Assembly (NCBI RefSeq): GCF_026571515.1
Contig: NW_026861391.1
Coordinates: 434,001-498,000 of the forward strand
Direction of reading: 5' to 3'
DNA: 64,000 nt
From: Ruditapes philippinarum
Taxonomy: Eukaryota
Shown here: piece after piece, positions 55,952 through 64,000 of the stretch
How positions within the stretch are numbered: the first letter of the stretch is position 1
Layout: every line of letters begins with the position of its first letter
Notes under the pieces: model-generated
The model's input: the letters and a program-made list of their open reading frames with translations, nothing else
Told to the model about the DNA's origin: nothing
Databases searched by the model: none
Position numbers and translations under genes: made by a program

Positions 55952-57439
55952 GATTTACACGTATGTTTATGTTTTTTTCTATAAGTTTAACTAAACATCT
56001 GATGTACTACATGTATTTACAAAAAATTATGACGCGTTTGACAATGAGTTATAAGTAAACATGTCAAGAGAGATAACTGGAACGAAATTACTATCTATTC
56101 TACACCTGGACTACATTAAAATGACATTTCCTAGTGCAACAACGATGTATAACTTAACTTAGCGTTACCATCGCCATTCATGTATCAAAACAGCCACCAT
56201 ATATATAGTTAGTCAGGGCCGTTCCAGATCAAATGCTATAAATATCTATGTTGCGAGTATATTTAAATTGCTCAATACATACATTCTGATTTGGGAACAT
56301 ACCCTAACTGATTTAAATTTGTACATACATAACCTGATGAAATATTACTTCAATGTTTTCTTGATAGCGATTGAGGTATGATTGAGTTTGACTATGTATT
56401 ATCATTTATAAATACTTAACGATTTTCCTATCTTTATCCATCCCCTTGGAGGCAGTACACAGTTTCGGTCGTTTAGTTTCGAATTGGCCAGGGTCAAATT
56501 TACAAAGAAGAGACCATTTTGTAATTGAAGTGGATATTTGAACTTCTTAATATTTAAAGTTGCCATAATTCGGTATTGTGTTACATTTATCAAGTAAAAT
56601 TGATTTTAGTGATGTTTGACCCATAAATGTTGGGGAGTACCTATCAGATTCGAATGTATGATCCATAAAGCTAGCTCGGAAATCAGCTCTTCAATTTAAA
56701 GGGTATGCAGAAGATTTAAAATAGTAAAAAAGCTAATTGCATGTGTCCCGTAGGGATTTATTTTCAGATAGGGCATTGTTTAAGGAGGAAGAAACACTAT
56801 AGCTTGTGATTTAATTTTGGGGCGTTAATATATTTTTTGTTATTTTGCAAATAGGGTTAATCCACTCTTTTTGTCGTTGATTTTAATGACCTAAACAATG
56901 AAAAACACATGGCTATGTGCCAGAAAACTAGAAGGTGGACATGTATTTTTAATTGTTTGCTGTGAGATACATATGTATATGTTAATTATGAAATGCATTT
57001 ATTTCAGGTTGTGTGATTACAGGGTTTGATTGTGACGCAGTCAGTCGTTTGCCGAGAAGCCTTGAAAACCGTGTATTATCCGCTGAAGGTGGTCAGACAA
57101 AAGCATCAGGCCCGGTCAGACTAGACTAATGTACAGGTTTGTCTGGTTCTGGCTGCTTTACTCTGGTGAATAAGGTTATCACTTTCTGTTCAAGCACGAT
57201 ATGGGTTCCAGTCACTTTCAGGTTTTTATATGACTGATATTTTATTGGTTCGCTATTTATAAATAATTAATTATAATAATTTGTACGAGTGTCTTACACA
57301 CATTTTAACAATGAGGATGAACATCGCTAAATGTTTTATTGTTAGATATATTTGTAGTTTTTATCGAAAGATACGCGAAAAATACTCAAAAGACAGACAA
57401 AAATCTCCTTTTTTCGTGTAATATTTTGCCAGGCAATAG

Positions 57440-58983
57440 TACGGAAGCGTTCTGGTGCCAATTTAACATGTTCTATAAAAAAAGTTAACTCCTACGTATA
57501 ATAAAAAAGCATAATTAGGAGTTTATAACTCCTCTCCTACGTATGACTTTGTAACTCCTACGTAGGAGATAAAAAAAGCCTAATTAGGAGTTTATAACTC
57601 CTACGTAGGACTTTATAACTCCTACGTAGAAGAACACTTATAAAGTCCTACGTAGAAGTTATAAACTCCTACGTTGGACTTTTAAACTCCTACGTAGGAC
57701 TTTAAAACTCCTAATTAGGTTTTTTTATCTCCTACGTAGGAGTTACAAAGTCCTACGTAGGACTGATAAAGTCCTACGCAGGAGTTATAAAGTCCTACGT
57801 AGGAGTTTGTAAGTCCTACGTAGGACTTTAAAACTCCTAATTAGCTTTTTTTATCTTCTACGTAGGAGTTATAAAGTCCTACGTAGGAGTTAAAAAGTCC
57901 TACGTAGGAGTTATCTTTTTTTATAGAACATGTTAAATTGGCACCAGGACGCTTCCGTATCCTGGTGCCAATTTACAAGTTCTATAAAAAGAGATAACTC
58001 CTACGTAGGACTTTGTAACTCCTACGTAGGACTTTATAACTCCTACGTAGGAGATAAAAAAAGCCTAATTAGGAGTTTATTACTCCTATGTAGGACTTTG
58101 TTAGTCCTACGTAGGACTTTATTAGTCGTACGTAGGAGTTATAAACTCCTAATTAGTCTTTTCAACTCCTACGTAGGAGTTTTAAAGTCCTACATAGGAC
58201 TTACAAACTCCTACGTAGGACTTTATAACTCCTACGTAGGAGTTAAAAAAGCCTAATTAGGAGTTTATAACTCCTACGTAGGACTTTATAAGTCCTACGT
58301 AGGACTTTATAACTCATACGTAGGACTTTATAACTCCTACGTAGGAGATAAAAAACCTAATTAGGAGTTTTAAAGTCCTACGTAGGAGTTTAAAAGTCCT
58401 ACGTAGGAGTTTATAACTCCTACGTAGGACTTTTTAAGTGTTCTTCTACGTAGGAGTTATAAAGTCCTACTTAGGAGTTATAAACTCCTAATTAGGCTTT
58501 TTTATCTCCTATGTAGGAATTACAAAGTCCTACGTAGGACTTACAAAGTCCTACGTTGGAGTTAAAAAGTCCTACGTAGGAGTTATAAAGTCCAACGTAG
58601 GAGTTATAAAGTCCTACGTAGGAGTTACTAAGTCCTACGTATAGGAGTTAAAAAGTCCTACGTAGGAGTTTTAAACTCCTAATTAGGCTTTTTTATCTCC
58701 TACGTAGGACTTATAAAGTCCTACGTAGGAGTTACAATGTCCTACGTAGGAGTTTAAAAGTCCTACGTCCTACGTCGGAGTTTTAAACTCCTAATTAGGC
58801 TTTTTTATCTCCTACGTAGGACTTATAAAGTCCTACGTAGGAGTTACAATGTCCTACGTAGGAGTTTAAAAGTCCTACGTCCTACGTCGGAGTTATAAAC
58901 TCCTAATTAGGCTTTTTTTATCTCCTACGTAGGAGTTATTTTTTTTATAGAACATGTTAAATTTGCACCATGACGCTTCCGTA
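57440..58983. mobile_element. Two adjacent foldback TIR elements (57440-57959 and 57960-58983) built of 21-bp TCCTACGTAGGA-core repeats
   Basis: TIR TACGGAAGCGTYCTGGTGCCAATTTAACATGTTCTATAAAAA at 57440, inverted at 57959 and 58983. The second unit starts with a TIR lacking its first ~10 bp. Interior is CTCCTACGTAGGACTTTATAA-type units with CCTAATTAGG variants. Confidence 0.9.
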
Positions 58984-59533
58984 ACTATATGAGAACAGAT
59001 GCGCAGACGTTTTTAATTTAGATCACAATTTTCTCCATACTATTATTGATGAGCAAAAATGATACTATACTTGATGCTGATGATTCTTGTGCATAAGTAA
59101 GGACCTAAACGTTTTATCCAAAATAAGTTGAAGATTGTAAAAGAAAGTAAACCAGGACCCTTTCTATGAGATACAGATTAATCTTCGAGGCTGCTTGAAT
59201 GTTCCTGGTTTTGAAAAAGTTAATTTCAGGAAGACGGCAAACGTCATATCAACAATAATTTTCATTCACGATCTTCAACTAAGTCTGGACAAAAGTATTT
59301 TTGAAAAAGTGGTTAGAATTATTGAACAATGAAGTCAAGTCCTGATAGAAATAAAAAGAATTCCAGAACACACATTGAATTCTTTTATTTTCTTTTCTCT
59401 ACAACGACGGAGGTGGTTAAAAACACACGAGTCTACATTTGTTGGCTAATACAGGAGCATAAAACTTCTGATATTCTTTGTTATAACAGAACATAATGAA
59501 AAATGTATTATGCGAACTCCTGGACACCGCCAT

Positions 59534-62500
59534 CTATATTGTATTAGAACTGTTGAAAGGATTTATCCGGACGGCACCAGGACGCCATATTGTATCGTAG
59601 GGATACATATTTACCCTCGGACTGGCCTTATCAAGCCGTGACATCTGAAATAACGTATAATACATGTTGTAAATATCTAATAAAGTATCAGATGTATTCC
59701 AAACGTTTATATGGTAAAGATATTATTTATGTAAAGTATATTTAAATGTATACAAACTCTAAAGGAGCATTCTAAAATTATAAATTATTAACAGCTCATC
59801 ATTTATCATGTTTTAATCAAATGCCGTCTTCTTTTCAAAATAATATCATATTACAGTATATATATCGATAGAAGTCTGGTAATAATATACATGTAGTAAC
59901 ATGACACATCTGATTGCTGTACAATGGCGACCATTTTGAGTAAATACAAAGTTTTAGAATAGGTGTTATCCGGAACTCGGCAAATATGGTGTTTCCCCAG
60001 CTAATGTCCCGGTATAAAAAAGCTTTTACCGTTCTAGTTGCACACTGCACTACCGGTCACAATAGATTAGTCAACATGCTACGCTTATTTTTGAAGCTGT
60101 AACAGTTTCTGTAAAAGTTTGTTTGCACCCCTGGATAAGCTGGGGAAACCCCCAAAATATTCTTAATTACGAAGTAAGTTAACATTTCTGTTCTAGAATA
60201 ATCGCTTTATCGGCTTTAAACGGACTCACCTCTTCGTCTGTCAGTGCCCATCCTGTACTTGCGCCCATATTATCTTCAAGTTGTTTTAAAGACGTGGCTC
60301 CAATAATAACTGAACAGACGACATCTTTCTGTAGAAGCCAGCGGAGTGACACTTGAGGGACCGTTTTACCTATCAAATATAAACACTATAGTCATAAGTA
60401 GATATTTTTGTAAAGAGTTATCAATAAATCGTTGTCCTTTAGAGTTTATCCTTTAAAAATAAAACAGGAAACCGAATATCTTACAGTTAAAAGTCACATA
60501 ACGCCACTTAAGCTGATAATTTAAAACAAAGTAAGATTTAAACTTTTAAACCTACCATGAGTTTTAGCAATATCTTTCATGGCGTCCATCATCTTCCAGT
60601 AATTATCATCATCATTATATTTACTCCATGCTGGCGCAGCTTGCATGGCTTTAGACTCGTCTTGATGAACAAATCCAATTCTACTTCCTTTTGCGTCTGG
60701 TGTTTTGTTTCTCTCGAATTTCCCGGTTAAAAGTCCACTGCAAAAAAAAGTGAAAGTTGTAGATGACATTATAGTACACCAGTTCATCCAAGGAATTTGA
60801 AAGCAGATATTTTGTAGGTCAAATTCTGAACTTACAAAAAAAACAATTTAAAACAACAAATGAGTAGTCACCCTTTTAATGGACTCCAGGGTAAGACTCC
60901 AATGCCTTCGTTTGCACACACCATAAATTCTTCATACTCAGATTGCCGCGCAAGTAGGTTATATTGTTGCTGAAAGAAGAAAAGGCATGCACGTTGATAA
61001 ATCATAAATAAATGAAGTGACGTTCAAACCAACTGATTCAGATTATGGTAATAATAATTTTGGCAATTTGTTTTTATTTTTCAGTTCCCTAAATACACTT
61101 ACACAATATAAGAGTGTAAACAAACAATAGATACATTTAATTTCATATATATTTTATACCTGAAGTGTAGCACATGAATTGAGGCCCATCATCTCAATTT
61201 TATCGGCAATTTTTTGAAGCTGCCATCCGCAGACGTTACAAACACCAAAATATCGTATTTTCCCGCATCTCACGAGATCGTCAAATGTCCTCAGCGTCTC
61301 TTCGATCGGAGTGCCATTATCCCAAGCATGCGACTGTATACAGTTGAAAAAAATATAAAATTGAAGTTTTAAATGAAACTCTGTTGCATAAATAGGTAAC
61401 TGATAATTTGATAAATGTTCAAATTTATGTTTACTTAAATAGCCTTCATAAAAAATGAGGTATTAATTAATATACAAATGGTAGCATACTTTAGTAAAGA
61501 AGGTACATTTTACAAAATGATATACATGTATTATTTATTTCAAAACTATTTTGACCCGAACCTGGTATAGATCTATGTAGTCTGTTTGCAGTCGTTCCAG
61601 GCTTCCTTCGCAGCTTTCAACAATATGTCGTCTGCTTAAGCCAACTTTGTTTACGTTTTTAAAATCAGTCTGATATCTCACTTTTGTTGCGAGGACAAAT
61701 TTACTGCGATTGCTTCTATAAAAGGAAATCGTGAATGATATTCAACAAATTAAAAAAGGCAAAACCAAACTCAATGACTCATTCTTAATGTACTTGTAGC
61801 ACAAACAGGTTTTTGGTGCATTACAAGAAAATGTTCCTGTCAAAATTATTTAGTACACTATCTGCGGAAAATGCTCCATTGAATTTACAATCCCTTTTCA
61901 ATAGAAGTGCAAATTAAAGTGGTTCGTTACTCTCGTTTCTCATTATATAGTTGTCTAAGGATAAACCTCTGTACGTTTTAGGTACAAGTCATTATCACTG
62001 CAATTTCAGTATCTGGAAAGGTTATCGCAAAGTAACTGATAAATATGTTAGCCAACATCAAACTTCCAAGATGTTTTCCTTTGTTTTACATTGTTTTAAC
62101 TTTTTGAGGTGTACTCCAAAGATGTCAAAGTCTGATAATCAATGTTCCACTAAGATTTAACTTAAAGGGTTACTGTTCTAAAGAAGATAGTAATGAGATA
62201 CTTAAATAAATCTCATCATTCTACTTTGACTTTACACATCATAAAGGTCTTACTTTTTAAGCCAACTGCCAACCACCCGCTCCGACGCACCGATACCATA
62301 CATATCAGCGGTGTCTAGGAAATTACCTCCTAGTTCAGAATATCTGTCCATCAATTTGTGTGACATTTCTTCATTGAGCTGGGTTGGAACTGGCATTACC
62401 TTTCAACAGATGCATTAAATTGTAATTATAATTCATAATGTTGTCCTATAATCTTATAATATATATCTTCATTTTTTCTAATTGAAATGTGTCATTATAC

Positions 62501-62846
62501 ATTTATATCACCAGTTGTATTTTCTTAAAATTATTGTAAGTAGCGATCCATCGTTAGCACTGACAACAAAAGCAACTCATACTTATGTGTATCTTTAATT
62601 ACATATACCTATGAGTATTTTTTAATTACAAGTTACAACTTAAATTTTTTCGTGTATTTCATTCTTTTTAAATGATATTTATTTCAAATTAAACCTAAGG
62701 TAAGATCATGATTTAATGACTGATTTTAGTATATTTATAGTAACACTTACGCCGTCTCCGAACGTCATGGTACCAAGGCATAGATTTGAAACTCGAACTC
62801 CTGTCTTACCGAGGTAATTATATTCAACAGCTATTTCCTTCGCCAT
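59534..62846 (-). CDS. Aldo-keto reductase D, 8 exons, 366 aa
   Basis: Exons 62846-62751, 62399-62254, 61715-61562, 61333-61160, 60969-60872, 60737-60556, 60369-60230, 59644-59534; GT-AG, in frame, tetrad intact. Confidence 0.94.
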
Positions 62847-64000
62847 TGTGTACGTTGACTTTAGAAACTTTTGCCTACCTTATTATTAAACTTTTATGAT
62901 ACAACCTCTATTCTTTTATATTTTAAACGTCTTGTAATGGTAAGTAATGTTTACGATTTCACTGTAGAAACAAAAGAATTTAAGGTCATAAAATGTCAGA
63001 TAAAGTTGAATAAACTTTTGCTCAATAACCATGTAGTATCCCAATGTTCCATTTTATTTAACCTAACGTATTTCACCCGTCCCCCTTTATTTGTGATAAC
63101 ACTGGCAAATAAACAGTACATTGATTAATTATCGATTTAAAGGAACTCCACTGAGGTCTAAAGCCTAGAAACATAAAATTTAATTATTTACATAGATAAG
63201 CTGGGGCACTGAAAACAGAAAGATATGCAAAAGATAATTAAGAAATATATTTAGAAATTCACTGATAATCATTCTCATCAAATTTTAGTGAAAGCCGTTG
63301 CAACGCTTTCCAATTTAGTATATTCTAATTATGTAACTAATAACCATTCTAGAAAAAGGAGTGAGCAAATGATCTGAAATTTTGCACACAATCTAATAGT
63401 CTATTCTCACATCTATAATCTATGGAATATAATCTCGAAATAAATAATTTCTTTCTCGTCATGTTATGAAACCTCGGTTAAGTTATTGGATTTCACAAAT
63501 TTTGAAGGAACAGAATAAAACAGCCTCTTCGAAATTTAATCCAATTTGTTTGCAATACATAATTAGTCCATTCAAATCACAAATTACTTTATACTCTACC
63601 TTATGAAAGTATTTTAGTACTTGTATATTTTAACATAAATATAAATGAAAATGGAAAAAGGAAAAGAAAAGGAAAAACAGCGGTGTTAATTTATTCTAAA
63701 AAAACATATACTTAGCTGAAAATAATTGAATGATTACACATAATTGATTTTTTTGTAGATAATGAAACACATAATGACCTGAAAATGTAGAAATGCAGTG
63801 TCACAAATATTACAAGATATTATAACAATAGATTTTTATTTATCAAACAAGTTACTGTACACAAAGTCAGATGGTGATATTTATTGTAACTTCTATTTAT
63901 CAACTATAAACACGCATTACGTATAAATGTAGAGCAGAAAATTAATGATACATGAATCTGTTTTAAAGTTTCTTCAGTAAAAAAAATATTTCCTATCTTA

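Noticed and set aside
820-55994. Antisense ORFs overlapping IL-17 and AKR exons (e.g. 820-1065, 13124-13426, 44503-44754, 53861-54067, 55788-55994)
   Set aside because: Shadow ORFs of real coding exons with no independent support.
57930-58256. ORF with NSYVG repeats; also SKFRV/LTRNF ORFs at 50223, 50346, 51295 and 51531
   Set aside because: By-products of 21-bp (7-codon) tandem repeats within non-autonomous elements.
57490-58940. CRISPR-like appearance of regularly spaced palindromic repeats (also 50248-51597)
   Set aside because: Spacers are 9 bp and repetitive rather than unique 25-45 bp, the arrays sit inside TIRs, there are no cas genes, and the context is eukaryotic.

Overview
AT-rich eukaryotic genomic DNA with spliceosomal introns and one 144-N gap. 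A bivalve mollusc is the most likely source; this is inferred from the repeat families and gene types. Two gene families are interleaved. (i) Four intact two-exon interleukin-17 (IL-17) genes (524-1227 +, 4326-5640 -, 13211-14173 -, 41332-42533 +), each with a tiny signal-peptide first exon missed by the ORF track, plus a probable decayed fifth paralogue at about 18.7-19.4 kb. (ii) Four 8-exon aldo-keto reductase (AKR, YajO/aryl-alcohol-dehydrogenase-like) genes on the minus strand (A 20831-25755, B 43670-49128, C 52144-55951, D 59534-62846). AKR-C looks like a B/D chimera made by unequal crossing-over and has a frameshifted last exon. Intergenic and intronic DNA is rich in non-autonomous elements: a 9.8-kb TIR element with nested insertions, two HINE/Helentron-type elements carrying 164-167 bp satellites, Sola2-, Kolobok- and Harbinger-like MITEs, tRNA-derived SINEs, a 56-bp minisatellite, and two related foldback elements with TACGGAAG termini built from different 21-bp palindromic units. 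No prokaryotic features, rRNA, bona fide tRNA or CRISPR array were seen. All gene models were built by eye from GT-AG sites and frame continuity.
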